Origin: Prorocentrum cordatum
Taxonomy: Eukaryota
NCBI GenBank assembly: GCA_963575745.1
Contig: CAUYUJ010000114.1
Span: 1,054,001-1,118,000, forward strand
DNA: 64,000 nt
Direction of reading: 5' to 3'
Shown: positions 35,436-49,269 of the stretch, in pieces
Layout: every line of letters starts with the position of its first letter
Numbering within the stretch: the first letter of the stretch is position 1
The notes under the pieces: generated by a model
Databases searched by the model: none
Seen by the model: the letters and a program-made list of their open reading frames with translations, nothing else
Told to the model about the DNA's origin: nothing
Program-made: the position numbers and the translations under genes

Positions 35436-38400
35436 CCCGTACCGCTACCCTCCGCCCGTCTTCCCATTTCAGGGCCTCCTGGGAGGCCTTCGTCGCCGCC
35501 GCTGGATTCGCCTCGAGATCCTGGTCGGAACGCGCCCCGGGAGAGGCCTGGGGAGTAGCGGTATCGGTACCTTCTGGTTTCCCCAAAAATCTTGGATTCG
35601 CTTCGAGATCATGGTCGCAACGCGAACCCGGAGAGGCCTGGGGAGTAGCGGTCACGGTACCGCTTGGTTTCCCCAAGCATCGTGGGCCGCCCAGATGACG
35701 TGCGAGCAGATGGGGTTGGAGGATCGCGCCGCATCGCCGATGCATCGGCGAGGCGGCTCGATGCGGAGCCCGACTTTCTCCACGCCGACGTCGGCGATGC
35801 ACCGCCGACGTCGGCGCTGCATCGCCAATGCGTCGGTGATGCATCGCCGATCCAGCGCGATCCTCCGACCCCATCTATTCGGACTCAATGTGGGAGTGCT
35901 CAAGGATGAGAAGGGGGAGAAAGGAGAAAAGAACCGATTCAGCAGCGCTGCTTGTTCGCACTGCCGCTTGCCGTCTACTGGACGGGGTGGCAGCGAATGC
36001 AAGCTTCCAAAAAAGACCTAGGCGCATTCGCAGACCAATTTTGTCGTGCCCTACCCCAAGAGATATCATGTGTTGGGTGATTCGAGATCTCCTGATTGAT
36101 TCAAGGGGGGCCCCAGCCAGGGGACTGGATTAGGAGGGAATGCGTCCAATCGTCGACCATGCGGTTTCGCTTTCGGGCGCCTATTGCCGATCCATCGGCG
36201 ATGTGTCGCCGATTCCAGGTCGATGTTTCCCCCCCCGAGCCCCCCCCCGCATCGCTGCCCCTCGACAGGGCCCTGTTCGATCCGATCGATCCGATTCGAT
36301 TATGATTCCGGCCGGCCCGATCCCATTCGATTCTGATATTCTGACGATCCGATACGGCTTGATGCGTGCAGGGCCTTGCTGTACATTTTGGCGCGGCCGA
36401 TCCGAATCGATTCCGACTCCGTGCCGATGTGGCCCGATCCAACACATGTCGATTCGATCCCATGTCCCAATTCGATGCCGACGGATCCTGTCCTCAACCG
36501 GAGCGGGCGAAGGAGGGGGAGGAGGGGAGGATTACGAATTGTTCCGTGTGCAGCCAGCTTCGGTCTGGCCGCCACGCACATACTTCTAGACGTAGACGCT
36601 CTGGCGACTCCAGGCACACACTTCTAGACGTAGACGCTCTGGCGACTCCAGGCGCCAGGTCAGATCAGCTGCACTAGCCGCCCCACTCTGCTATACCTCC
36701 ACCTATCGTCCACCCCGAAGGGATCGCGCGACGCATCCCGATGCGCATCGGTGACGCGGCGCGATCTGAATGCTGGAGCCCGACCTTCTCCACCCGATTG
36801 AGCAACGCCGACAACCCGGTTTGGCTGCGCGGACATTCGTCGGAAGCTGCCCGCAGGGTCGCGCGTGAGTGCCCTCGTTTCCAATGTAGCGTGCCGCACT
36901 GGCGGCCCGCGTAAGCCACCGCGTACGGTCGCTATGCCGTCGTGCGTGAGGCCCGCTTTGTTTCTTCGATCAAGTGTCTTGGCATCGCTCGGACGTGTGC
37001 ACTTTTCCTTCGGCGAGGACCATCGAGGAGCATCCTTGATCATTTGGAGAAAAACCCAGTCGTCGTCGACCAGCGCAGATGGGGTCGAAGGATATAGCGG
37101 CCAGCGCCGCATCGCCGGTGCATCGCCGACGCGGCGCGATTCGGAAGCCGGTCTTCTCCACTCGAAAGCATCGAATGCAGCACGATTTTGGCCCGTATCT
37201 GAATTCGTTTCTTGGTCCCCCCCTGGCCTGCGCACGTTCCACTGGTCCTGATCTGCGAACCCCCTCTTTCAGAAGGGAACAAAAACACACAGACACAATT
37301 AATCGTCGATCCCCAGGAAAATATGTAAAAATATTGGAAGTGGGGGGGAAGACAATAATCAAAAAAATATGGGAAAATATGGGGAATCCTTTTATTTGTG
37401 TGTATTTATTTGTGTGTCCCAGGGCCCCTTGACTCTTGGCCGCCCCCCTCTCGGGCGCCTCCGAAGCCGCCAGCGCGCAGCCACAGCGCCGACGTACGAA
37501 GATCGCTCAGCGGGGCGGCCGCCAGAGCGACCGTCCACGCGGAGCGGTGACGACTGCCCGCCACGCTCGCGCACGAGCGTTTGTGGCAGCGCCCGCGCAG
37601 ACCTCTGGGGTCGAGGAGGAGGAGGAGGAGGAGGAGGAGCAGGAGGAGCAGGAGGAGCAGGAGGAGCAGGAGGAGCAGGAGGAGCAGGAGGAGCAGGAGG
37701 AGCAGGAGGAGCAGGAGGAGGAGGAGGAGCAGGAGGAGGAGGAGCAGGAGGAGCAGGAGGAGGAGGAGGAGGAGCAGGAGGAGGAGGAGGAGCAGGAGGA
37801 GGAGGAGGAGGACCGCGCAGACTTCTGGGGTCGGCGCTGGACCCCTCCCCACGCCGCGGGCGGCGTCGCCGGCACCTCCCCCGGGCGCGCTCCGCGCGGC
37901 GGGTGAGGGGTGTGGGAAGGGGGGCGCAGCACCCACCCCGGAAAAAGCCGCGCGGGCCTCCGAGCGTCGAGGCTCGTGCTTTTTTGCTCTCCTCATCGCC
38001 GACGCGGCGCGAGCCTCCCATGCCCCGAAGGACCCCAGGAACTTCACCGCGCTCCAGGCCCAGGGGGGGGGGGGGCAGAGGCGGGGAGGGCCCAGACCAT
38101 GGGCAGGCCGGAGAGGGAGAGAGGAAAACCTCCTCCCTCCCCGTTGGGAACCAGGAGTTTCCTCCTCCTCCTCCTCCTCCTCCTGCTCCTCCTCCTCCTC
38201 CCCCTCCTCCTCCTCCTCCTCCTCCTCCTCCTCCTCCTCCGCCTCCTCCTCCTCCTCCCGTTGGCAACCCAGAGAGGAAAAAACGCCACAAACGGAAACG
38301 TTTGGCGCTCCGCACGGATTTCTGGGATCTGCGCTGGACCCCTCTTCCTGGCGGGGCCCAGCCCGGATCCAAGAGATCCGCTCGGAGCCCCAGGAGTTTC

Positions 38401-41211
38401 TGTTTCTGCCGTGTTTGCTCCTTCTGGTGAAGAGCAAGAGCTGCAGCTGTGGGCTTTCACAGTGAGAAGGGGGATGGGGGAGCTGAGGTGCAGTCCGCCA
38501 TTTGCCCGGAGTGTCCGCGAGGCGGGCGGGGTGACGGGCCTTCTGTGGCCACGGCCACGAGCACCTCCTCGGACATGGAGGGGGTCGGGGCTTGAGCCCC
38601 TCTCGGGCGGATCCTCGGCCCGGGTTGTGTGTTACAGCCGGGGCCCGGAAGAAGGAACCCTTTTCGTTGGGGAGGGGCTCGGTGTTCCGTGACTGTTCTA
38701 CAGTTTGCCTTTTGTTTTCCTCAGGTTTTCTATGGGAAATCGAAGCTCAACTTATGGGAGAAAGGGGCCCCGTTCCTTATTTTGGGTTCCTTAGGTCAAC
38801 GCCCCGACTGTACGTACGCGGGACGTCGAAGGATAATATACGACAATGACAATCGAAGGACAAGAACGCCATAGACATTAATTTGTGGCGCTCCTCGCGG
38901 ATTTCTTGGATCCGCGCCGGGGCCGGGAGCGCCTCTGGCGCCGCCCCTGGCGCCCGAGGCGCGCCAGCGAGGGGGGGGGGGTCCAGCGCAGGTCCAGGAA
39001 GTCCGCGCGGAGCTCCTGAAGTGCATGTTCATGGCGCTGTTTTGTCTTCTCGTTATGCACGCGGGGCGTCGAAGAAGAAAGCATGACAATCAAACGAACA
39101 TTGCCGGAGGTCTGGCAGTTTTTGCTTCTGAAGCTGTCCCGTGCGTGCTGGAGCATGGAGGCAGTGAAGGCGTGGCGGCCGCGGGAGAGTGAGGCAGGTT
39201 TCAGAGCCAGCTCCTCCGTGAGCATCCGCCAGCGCCCTTCAGGGTCCCATTCGATCCGGTCGATGCGATTCGATATCGGCCTCGACCAGGTCGACCCGAT
39301 TCGGTTCCCAAATTTCCGATTCTCATTTTCCATGCATCCTGTACATCCCCAGTCTTCCCAACCCTCTTGTTTTGGGTTCTCGTTTTGAATAGAGCGCTGT
39401 GCCCTCAAACCTCCCGAGGGCTCTCGAGGGCGACGACGTCGGACAACCTCCTGGTGATCCGCGGTCCATGTTTCGACTTTCTGTCCAGGGGGGCCACTGG
39501 CGGACCTGGCAGCCCGCCTTCGGACTTCCGGCGCCCGCACGGAGCGCTCCCGGAAAGCGAACCTAAAGTTGGCGCACGAGCTCGGCTTGGCCAAGTTCCT
39601 GCAGGACGGAAATCGGCGCCCGCCAGCAGTTGCAGCCGCGCTTCTCCCGATAGCTGCTGATGCTCCAATGGCGCGAGCGGCCACGCCCTCGACAGGCGGC
39701 GACCGGTCACGTATCAAAAGCAGGAATTCCCACTGCGCGCGCGGAGCTGTCCCGTCACATGGCGGACTGCGCTGTTGGATCGCAGAGCGCGGCAGGATGG
39801 GGCGCCGCGGAGCGCATGGCGCTGTCTTGTGTCCATGCCGCATCGATTCTTCAGTTGCCATTTGTCCGTAGTGCATCCGGGCACTTGCAGCGCTTAGCGC
39901 AGGTCGCTGTTTGTCATAGCGCGCATGGCGCCGCTGTGCAACGGGAGCATAATTAGCGCGCGGTGGTGTTACTCCCACGAAGCATGTCTCCAGTGCCTTC
40001 ATACGCAGGTTTCCACGCCCCCTCGCGGTCGCCTACATGCCAACGATCTGACTCTCAAAAACGATTCTGCGAATGTGAAACATTCGACTATGGCCCGGCA
40101 TTTTCTAGCAAAGCGTTCAAAGGCGCGGTGGATCGCGTTTTTGCGATGAGCGGTCCGATGTATAGTCGCCTCATGTGTACAAAGAGTTGGGTACGTCCCC
40201 GGGTAATTTTAACTGTGATGGGTTTCGGTGTTGTCGCGAGGGGCTATTTGACGTTCGGCGCCTCTAAGCTGTTTCCACGAAGCTGATGTTGGAGCGAGTG
40301 GCATGTTTTTGAGAGGCCGAAGCTGGGCGGTGAGCGGTACGCAACGGGCGCTTTTCCGGCACATGCCCGGGCGGAAACGAAAGTGGGGACGACAGGAGAT
40401 TTTGGTTTGGCGATTGGCAACGGATATGGTAGAATTGCGCGTGTGTTTTGCGCATGTGGATGGATGACGGCGGATGGGTGGCGACGGATGGGTGGCGATG
40501 GACATGGGCAGATGTCTTTTGTGTGCATGTGTGTACTTGTTGTGTGTTCTTCTAGCACCGTCCTCAAAGCTGGATTGCAAATTGCCTTGGTGCCGCTGTC
40601 GACGTATGCGAGTGTCGCAACACATCGCCGTTGCAGATAAGATAAATGCCGCGCGGGAAGTCATGGTTGCGGTACGGGTGTCCGCGCGTGCACCGGGGGC
40701 ATCGATAGGGAGGGATACGCATAGGGGGGACGCATCGACACCCAATCGCCCATTGATCGCAGATAAGGGGCCCGATAGCTCCAACCTGCCCAGGAAGGTG
40801 CGGATACAGCATCGGAGGCCCATCGCCAATTTATCGGCGATGTATCGCCAATTCCAGGTCGATGTTTCCCCCCCTATGCCAGTCCCCCCCTATCGTTGCC
40901 CCTTAGTGCACCTGTGCGGGTGGACGCGAGATTCGTTGTATGCATCGGCGGAGAGAGAGAGAGAGAGAGAACAAAAGAGAGAGAGAGAGAGAGAGAATGG
41001 AGAAACACAGATACATATAAATATAGAAAAAGAGAGAGAGAGCATAAATGAAGGGAATGGGACGAGACGATGTATGATACTTGTGGCGTTGATGCGGATA
41101 CTACTGGAATTGCTGCCGCGGGATGGTCACGTCGTAGGCGCGCGAGGGGGTGTAAGAAGAAGGATGAGGAGGTGGAGAAGACTGAGGAGACAGATTGGAG
41201 GGAGACGGGGG

Positions 41212-42820
41212 GATGATGATGTTAATGTTGATGATGATGATGACGATGATGATGAGTGATGATGATGATCATCATGATGATGGTCATAGTGATGACGATG
41301 GTGGTGATGGTGATGATGATGATGCTTATGATGGTGATGCTGATGACGATTATGGTGGTGATGATGATGATGGTGATGATGATGGTGGTGATGATGATGA
41401 TGGTGATGGTGATGGGGATGGTGTTGGTGATGGGGATGGTGATGGTGATGGTGATGATGATGGTAATGGTGATGGTGATGGTGATTGTGATGGTGATGGT
41501 GATTGTGGTGGTGATGACGATGAGAATGAGGAAGAGGAGAAGGAGGAGGAGGAGGAGGAGGAGGAGGAGGAGAAGAAGGAGGAGGAGGAGGATGGCGAAG
41601 GAGGAAGATGAGGAGACGGAGAGCGGAGAGGGGAAACACCAGTGCGCTGTCTTTGTGCCGCCAGACGGCGGATGGGGGTCGGAGGAGGGGGGCAGGAGAG
41701 ACAGCAGGAGGGCGAGGAAGAGGATTTTTTTGGGGGAGAGGCGCAAACGCGCGGGGATCGGGTGCAAGCCAGCCTGCAATCGGCACGGTGCAATCCGAAG
41801 CAGCGGCGACGAGAGCTGCCGGCAGCGGGCGAGCGCCCAGCAGCGGGTCCGCCAGCACGGCTGAGAGACGGCCCCGAGGCCGAACTCGGAGACCCGAAAA
41901 CCAAAGCGAGCCACTCTGCCGCCCACAGGGGCAGAGGAGAGGGGGGGTGGGAGACCCCTCCTCCTCCGCCCCCTCCTCCTCCTCCTCCTCCTCCCCCTCC
42001 TTCCCCCTCCTCCTCCTCCTCCTCCTCCTCCCTCCTCCTCCTCCTCCTCCTCCTCCTCCTCCCCTCCTCCTCCTCCTCCTCACCTCCTCCCCCTCCTCCC
42101 CCTCCTCCTCCTCCTCCTCCTCCTCCTCCCCTCCTCCTCTCCTCCTCCTCCTCCTCCTCCTCCTCCACCTCCTCCTCCTCCTCCTCCTCCTCCTCCTCCT
42201 CCCCCTCCTCCCCTCCCCTCCCCTCCCCCTCCCTCTCCCCTCCACCCTCCGCGCCCTCCCCCTCCCCTCCCCCCGTGCCCAGACCACACGGGGGGCGGCC
42301 CCCCTGCGCAAACAGTCGCCGCAGAGGGAGAAGTGCGAGGGGAGAGGGGGGCGGGAGCGATGGGGGAGAAGGACTCCTCCTCCTCCTCCTCCTCCTCCTC
42401 CACCTCCTCCTCCCCCTCCTACTCCCCTCCACCTCCTCCTCCTCCCTTCCTCCTCCTCCTCCTCTCCTCCTCCTCCTCCTCCTCCACCTCCTCCTCCTCC
42501 TCCCTCCTCCTCCTCCTCCTCCTCCTCCCCCTCCCCCTCCCCCTCCCCTCCCCCTCCCTCTCCCCCTCCACCTCCGCGCCCTCCCCCTCCCCTCCCCCCG
42601 TGCCCAGACACACGGGGGGCGGCCCCCCTGCGCAAACAGTCGCCGCAGAGGGAGAAGTGCGAGGGGAGAGGGGGGCGGGAGCGATGGGGGAGAAGGACTC
42701 CTCCTCCTCCTCCTTCCTCCTCCTCCTCCTCCTCCTCCTCCTCCTCCTCCTCCTCCCCCTCCCCCTCCTCCTCCTCCTCCTCCTCCTCCTCCTCCTCCTC
42801 CTCCTCCTCCTCCTCCTCCT
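41212..42820. repeat. (GAT/GGT)n, (GGA)n and (CCT)n microsatellites with a ~130-bp duplicated spacer
   Basis: Directly visible. Spacer at about 42245-42375 repeated at about 42570-42700. Confidence 0.9.
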
Positions 42821-43388
42821 GCCGTCCTCCTGCGCCCTTTCTCCGGGGGCGCCGCTGGACCCCCCTGGCTCTTCGGGGGCTCTTCGCGGGGCACCAGTCA
42901 TAGACTTGGGGCTTCTGCCCCCCTGGGGCAGGCCCAGAGGTTGACACCAAGACCAAGATCGGCGGTGTGCCTCCACCGAGGGAAGAAGCTCCCGATCTCG
43001 GCGACGAGGGTGATGTTCCGGCTTCCAGGGTGACCGAAATATCACCGCCAGCACCGACATCTGGCGTGCCCCTCTACAGGGGACGATTCTTGGAGGAGTT
43101 TGGGGTGATTTTCGAGCATGATTTTGGTTATTTTTCATTTTTTTTCCTCCCAAAATCCGCCAGCAGGATCATCTCTCCCGTGTGGAGGCAACCCCCTGTG
43201 CTGGTGCTGGTGCCCCGAGGGCGCCCTCGACGGCGCGAGGTCCTTCGCGCCTCGCGCCTCGGCTCCGACTCCTCCTCCGCCCCCTCCTTCCCCCTCTGGG
43301 GAGGCGGCGCGAGCGCGCGACGTCGTTCGCACGTCGCGCGCTCTCGCGCCGCGCGAAGCGCGAAGTCGGGAGCCCCTGGTGCCCACTT

Positions 43389-43542
43389 TAGGGGGCCACA
43401 TGCGAACCCTACCCCTACCCCCCACGATTTCTGAGGGGGAGGGTGGGGTTCGCTTCGTTCGGGAGCTCTCGAGCGAAGTGAACCCCACCCTCCCCCTCAG
43501 AAGTCCTGGGGGGTAGGGGTAGGGTTCGCATGTGGCCCCCTA
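43389..43542. mobile_element. 154-bp almost fully palindromic MITE with TSD CACTT
   Basis: TAGGGGGCCACATGCGAACCCTACCCCTACCCCCCA ... TGGGGGGTAGGGGTAGGGTTCGCATGTGGCCCCCTA. CACTT at 43384-43388 and 43543-43547. Confidence 0.9.
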
Positions 43543-45034
43543 CACTTCCAGGCTTCCAGCCCTGGGGCTCTGTGGGGGGGCCTCGCTGCCCTCGCGGGGC
43601 TCCTCTGCACGGCGCGCCTCCGAGCCCAGCCCCGACACCTCGGAGGCGCGCCCCTGCAGGCGCTTGTAGGGTGCTCTTCTTCGTGGTCTCCTTTTGATTC
43701 TATGCGTAGGAGCGGGCTTTGGGGCCCCCTTTGGACTTTCTGGGCGGCCTCACGGGCCCCTCTGGGCTCTCACTGGGCTTGTCTTCGGGGCGCTATTGGC
43801 CCCCTTGGCCCCCTCTAGCGCCCAGAGGGCCATCGCCGTGTGTAGATTTGGGCCGAACCCCCGCGGGGCCGGTTTGGCCCTCACTTCGGGGCCCTCTTGG
43901 GCCCGTCTGGCGCCTGGCGGCCCAGACTCTATGCATGAAGTTGGACCCCTCGGCCCCTTTGAGGTTCGCTCGGGGTCCCTGCGGGCCCTCGTGAGGCTCT
44001 CCTTCAGGGTTCTCTTGGAGCCCTCTTGCGCTGGATGTGGGCCCCTCGGGCCTCCTTGAAGCTCTCTTGGGGGTCCCTTCCCGATCTCCTCCAGGGCCCT
44101 CCTGGACCTCTCCTTGCCTTCTTGCGGTGGGGGCGTTCGCTAGGGAACGGCACCCAGGAGGCTTCAGACCTTGGAGGGTTCCTTATCTGATGAGGGCGGC
44201 GGTGATATTCATGGCCAAGCCTCGATTGGAGTTCCACCGGCCTCCAGACCCTGGATTCCTTATAGAAGGGTTCCTTAGTTATCCAATGCCCCCACCGTAT
44301 CTCGTGGGCCGTCTCGGGATGCCTCTTCGGGGCCTTGCTGTGCCTCTCTCCCGCGCCAAGGGCCATCTCTATGCATGGAGTTGGGCCCTGAGGCCGTCTC
44401 CAACCTCCTGTGGGGCTTCCTCGGCCCGTCATCGGAGTCACTCTTGGACCCCACCGGCTTCTAGAAGCCCAACCCTGGGCATGGAGACGGATCCTTTCCC
44501 CTCGCCTCGATGCGAGTTGGGGCTTCCTCTTGGGGGTTACACTCTGCTGTCCTGCAGCCTTTCTTCGGGGCCCTGATGGACTTCTCTGTCACCCAGTGCC
44601 CCAACTCCACGCGGAGGCTAAGACCCATTCGCCATCTTGGCGCGCTCCCGTGGGCCTTCCACGTCCCCGCAGACTGTTCCACTGCCTTTCTTTGAGGCCC
44701 TCTTGGGCTCCGGCGACGCCCAACTTCACGCGCCCAGCGCTACGTGCACAGTTTGGCCCTTCGGCTCCGTCGCGGCGCTCTCGGAGGCACTCTCATCCGC
44801 CAATAATCATATCAGCCTTCATGGCCATCGCGATCGTCTTACTGACGTTGACAGTCTGAGCCCTCCAAACTTTGTTTCCAACCCTCCTGCGTTGGGTTCT
44901 CGTTTTGAATAGAGCAGCTGCGGTCGCGATTCCTCTCCTCTCCTCTCCCGCCCCCTCCTCCTTTCCTCTTCCCCGCTGCTTCCTACCTCGCTCGCTCCTG
45001 CGTGCCAGTTTGTCTCCTACCTCACCATCCTTGT

Positions 45035-45420
45035 GGGGCTGCGATCTCCGAAACTGTCGCCACTTTCGATGGCTGCTGGGGGGCCCAGCGGAGTGGGGTC
45101 ATACGCAGATGCAGATTCGACCTCGCCATCCCTGGGGGGCTGCGATCTGCGAAAGTGACCACTTTCGAGGGCTGCTGGGGGGCCCAGCGGAGTGGGGTCA
45201 TACGCAGATTCAGATTAGACCTCGCCTTCCCTGGGGGGCTGCAATCTGCGAAACTGTCACCACTTTCGAGGGTTGCTGGGGGGCCCAGCGGAGTGACGTC
45301 ATACGCAGATTCAGATTAGACCTCGCCATCCCTGGGGGGCTGCGATCTGCGAAACTGTCGCCACTTTCGAGGGCTGGTGGGGGTCCCAGCAGAGTGACGT
45401 CATACGCAGACTCAGATTAC
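45035..45420. repeat. ~100-bp tandem repeat, about 3.8 copies
   Basis: GGGGCTGCGATCT..GAAA..CCACTTTCGA..GGGCCCAGCGGAGT..TCATACGCAGAT recurs at about 45035, 45136, 45236 and 45336. Confidence 0.9.
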
Positions 45421-45858
45421 CCTCCACTCCATCCTTCTCCTGCCCCTCGTTCCTGTCCCCGTTCCGTTGTTCTTCGAGCTTGGGGCCTCAATCCTCGTTC
45501 TTTCGATCGTCGACTTGTGAGTCGTGCAAAGCATGCGCATCCCATGTAGTTTGCGCAGCAATTCACCGCGTCTACACTGTCGTTGTTCCTGCTAATGTTG
45601 GCCTACTCCTCCTGCCACTTGATGCACATGGGTTGGGTACGTCGCAGGGTAATTGATCATCGCGACCCCGTGCTCCTTCAAGCCTCTCCGACCATCCAAG
45701 CCGCACAAACCATCCTGACCAGTTTGACCACCCTAACGCGTTTCACCCTCCCAGCCGCTTCGTGTCCCATTGGCAGTGTTCCTGCCGATGTCGATCATCC
45801 CCATGATTCTCAGGAGGGAAAACACACACAGACACAATTAATCGTCGATCCCCAGTGA

Positions 45859-46443
45859 GTGTGTGTGTGTGTGTGTGCGTGCGTGTGTGTGTGTGTGTGT
45901 GTGTGTCTGTGGGTGTGGGTGTGCGTGTGCGTGTGTGCGTGTGCGTGTGCGTGTGCGTGTGCGTGTGCGCGTGCGCGTGCGCGTGCGCGTGCGCGTGCGC
46001 GTGCGCGTGCGCGTGCGTGCGCGCGTGTGCGTGCGTGCGTGCGTGCGTGTGTGCGTGTGTGCGTGCGTGTGTGCGTGTGTGCGTGTGTGCGTGTGTGCGT
46101 GTGTGCGTGTGTGCGTGTGTGCGTGTGTGCGTGTGTGCGTGTGTGCGTGTGTGCGTGTGTGCGTGTGCGCGTGTGTGCGTGTGTGCGTGTGTGCGTGTGT
46201 GCGTGTGTGCGTGTGTGCGTGTGTGCGTGTGCGTGTGTGCGTGTGTGCGTGTGTGTGCGTGCGTGTGTGCGCGTGTGTGTGCGTGTGCGTGCGCGTGCGC
46301 GTGTGTGCGTGTGCGCGTGCGCGTGTGCGCGTGTGCGTGTGCGTGTGCGTGTGCGTGTGCGTGTGCGTGTGCGTGTGCGTGTGCGTGTGCGTGTGCGTGT
46401 GCGTGTGCGTGTGTGCGTGTGCGTGTGCGTGTGCGTGTGCGTG

Positions 46444-46505
<62 letters not shown>

Positions 46506-46510
46506 CGTGT
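45859..46510. repeat. ~650-bp alternating purine-pyrimidine (GT/GC) microsatellite
   Basis: Directly visible. Lies within a family C element. Confidence 0.95.
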
Positions 46511-47028
46511 CCCAGGGCCCCTTCAGATTCTCCTGTCTGCGGGGGCACTGGTGCTCTCCCAGCGGACCCCGGGCACGGACTCGATGGCGGGCGCCCCGTG
46601 GGGTTCCGCCGGGCCCCGGCGATGTGCCCTGGCCACGTGCAGCCCGTGGCGAGGAGAGGCAACGGGAACGCTCGGACGCCTACGAGGATCTCCGCCTGGC
46701 AGGGCTCCTCCTCCTCCTCCCCCTCCTCCTCCTCCTCCTCCTCTCCTCCTCCTCCTCCTCCTCCTCCTCCCCCTCCTGTTCCTCCTCCGCACTTCCTCCT
46801 CCTCCTCCCCCTCCTCCTCCTCCTCCTCCTCCTCCTCCTCCTCCTCCTCCTCCCCAGGGCTCGCCGCCGACTGGCTCCTCCTGCGCGCGAGCGGCGCGGT
46901 CCCGCCGCCCCTCGCCCGAGCCCCGGCTCCGACTCCTCCCCCCCCCACTGCCACCACCGCAGGTGGCTGCGCCGCTGTGGTCTCTTCGTCACTGTCGTCG
47001 TCGTCGTCGTCGTCGGTCGTCGTCGTCG

Positions 47029-47136
<108 letters not shown>

Positions 47137-49074
47137 TGCTCAGCCCGTGGCGCGGGCAGCGTGGTTCCGCTGCAGGGCCCCCAATGCCCCACGTCCGCCT
47201 ACAGTCCGATGCGAGCGGCGGAGGCTGGAGGTGTTCGAATATTGGGTTATACAGGCCTGCAGGCAACGGCATTCTGATATCGAATGGCCTTCGGCCCATC
47301 CTGTCATCGTGCTTGGATCGTGGGTCGGAGGCCTCAGGGATGATTCTTGGGTCGCTTCGAAGCGCCCTCGGAGGCCTCTTGGGGGCAGTTTTGGGGGCCT
47401 CCTGGGAGCCTCTTCTGGGGGCATCCAGAGGGTCTCTTGAGGGCCCCTTGGGGCCTCCCTGGGGGCCTCTCGGAGCCTCTGGCGGGCCCCTGGGCAGCCT
47501 CTCGGAGCTTCCTGGGGGCCTCGCGGGGACGGGGGCTCGAAATGTCTGCTCGGTTCTCCCGCCTGGGCCCCCTCTTCGAGCAGTCGTGAGGGCCTCTTGG
47601 GCAGTTCTTGGAGGCCTCCTGGGCTGTCCTGGGGCCCTCGTGAGCCGTTTTGGCGGCGTCTTGGAGACCACCTGGGCCGTCTTGGTGCGATATCGGGGAC
47701 CTCTTTGGTAATCTTGGAGCGTCGGGAAGCAAGTCCGTCCAACACCTAAAGGACATCAGTAAGGTTTGAAGCATGGGGGCCTTCTTGGCAGGCCTCTTGG
47801 AGGCCCCTGGGATTTTCAACAGGGGTTAAAGGCAAGCGTATCGAGCACCGTGCCTGCGTCCGCTGCGGTTTGTATCTCAAGCGGCTAGCCACAAGTAATT
47901 GCCCCTATGTATGGGGCACTACTGCATCTGAGTGGTTCACATCATCCTTCATGGTGCATTAATTCATGTCATGCCGTACCCCTCACATACCTGCTCAGAA
48001 CTGTGGCATGGCTAGGCCATAGGACACTCTCACACGTCTAAGGCGTAACATATGGTACGGCTCACCATGCCGCTTTCGACTTGGTGGCGGAGCTGGCCTC
48101 ATCTTCATGTGGTTGGCCCTACCTCTCAGACCAGTAGCCCACGGCACACAATGGCCTTCTCTCTGGTAGCACATTTGATTGATGGCGCCGACTTCCCTTC
48201 GGGGATCCGAGCCAGGAAACCGGCAGACACGTTACATTACAACGACCGACGGCCACGTCGGCTTCCACATGTATGCCACGGCGCTACGCCTCTGCGCTCC
48301 GATCCACCATCAACCAATTAGTCATACGCTGTCCTGCTCCATCTCCTCGAGTGGCGAGTGGCAACCTACCAACGCGAGGCTCGGAGGGGAAGGGCATAGC
48401 GACGGCTGGATGTGTGCAGCGACCGGTGTGTGTATCCATGCTGTTTGGGCGCGTTGTGGGCTCAAGCTTTTTGTTGTCAGAAGCCAGCTCGCAGGCCGCA
48501 GCGAAACGAGCCCGCCGCAGACACCTTCCGCGCAGATCGGAGGAGGGCCAGTTGAGACAACGGCGATTCTCCCGCCCAGCCCAAATCGGCTCAAAACTGG
48601 TCCCCGGACCCCTTCGGAAGGTCCGTCCTGGCCTGTTTTTCGGAGCAGGCCCAGCCGTGGCGACGAGCAGCCTGCAGGATCCTCCAGAAAGGACGACAGC
48701 AGAGAACGCCAGGAGGAGGAGGAGGAGGAGGAGGAGGAGGAGGAGGAGGAGGAGGAGGGGAGGAGGAGGAGGAGAGAGAGGAGGAGGAGGAGGAGGAGGA
48801 GGAGGAGGAGGAGGAGAGGAGGAGGAGGAGGGAGGAGGAGGAGGAGGAGGAGGAGGAGGGAGGAGGAGGGGGAGGGGGAGGAGGAGGAGGAGGAGGAGGA
48901 GGAGGAGGAGGAGAGGAGGAGGAGGAGGAGGCGGAGGCGGCGGAGGCGGAGGGAGGAGGAGGGAGGAGGAGGGAGGAGGTGGGAGGAGGGGAGGCGGAAG
49001 CGGAGGAGGAGGAGGAGGAGGAGGAGGAGGAGGAGGAGGAGGATTATCTCGACTGGCCCCCCTCCGAGCAGACC

Positions 49075-49269
49075 ATGGCCCGCACCTCCGCCCCCCTGCT
49101 GGTCGCCGCCGTGCTCGGCCTCGCGGCGCTGGCGTCCACCGTCGCCTTCGTGCCTCCCGCGGCGCCCTCGGAGGCGCCCGCGCTGCGCGGCGGCGCCGCG
49201 GCGGCCGCCGCGGCGTACGGCGGCCTCGCCGCCGCGGTGCCCGAGCCAGCGGCCGCGTGGTCGGAGCAG
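49075..49269 (+). CDS. First exon of a probable plastid-targeted protein (signal peptide, F-motif transit peptide, hydrophobic segment)
   Basis: ACCATGG start. MARTSAPLLVAAVLGLAALASTVA-FVPP-AAPSEAPALRGGAAAAAAAYGGLAAAVPEPAAA-WSEQ. Very high GC3. Candidate CAG|GA donor. Confidence 0.65.

Noticed and set aside
36582..36653. 34-bp direct duplication (also ~75-bp pair at about 33052 and 33317, and ~115-bp pair at about 51250 and 51368)
   Set aside because: Simple local duplications with no further structure.
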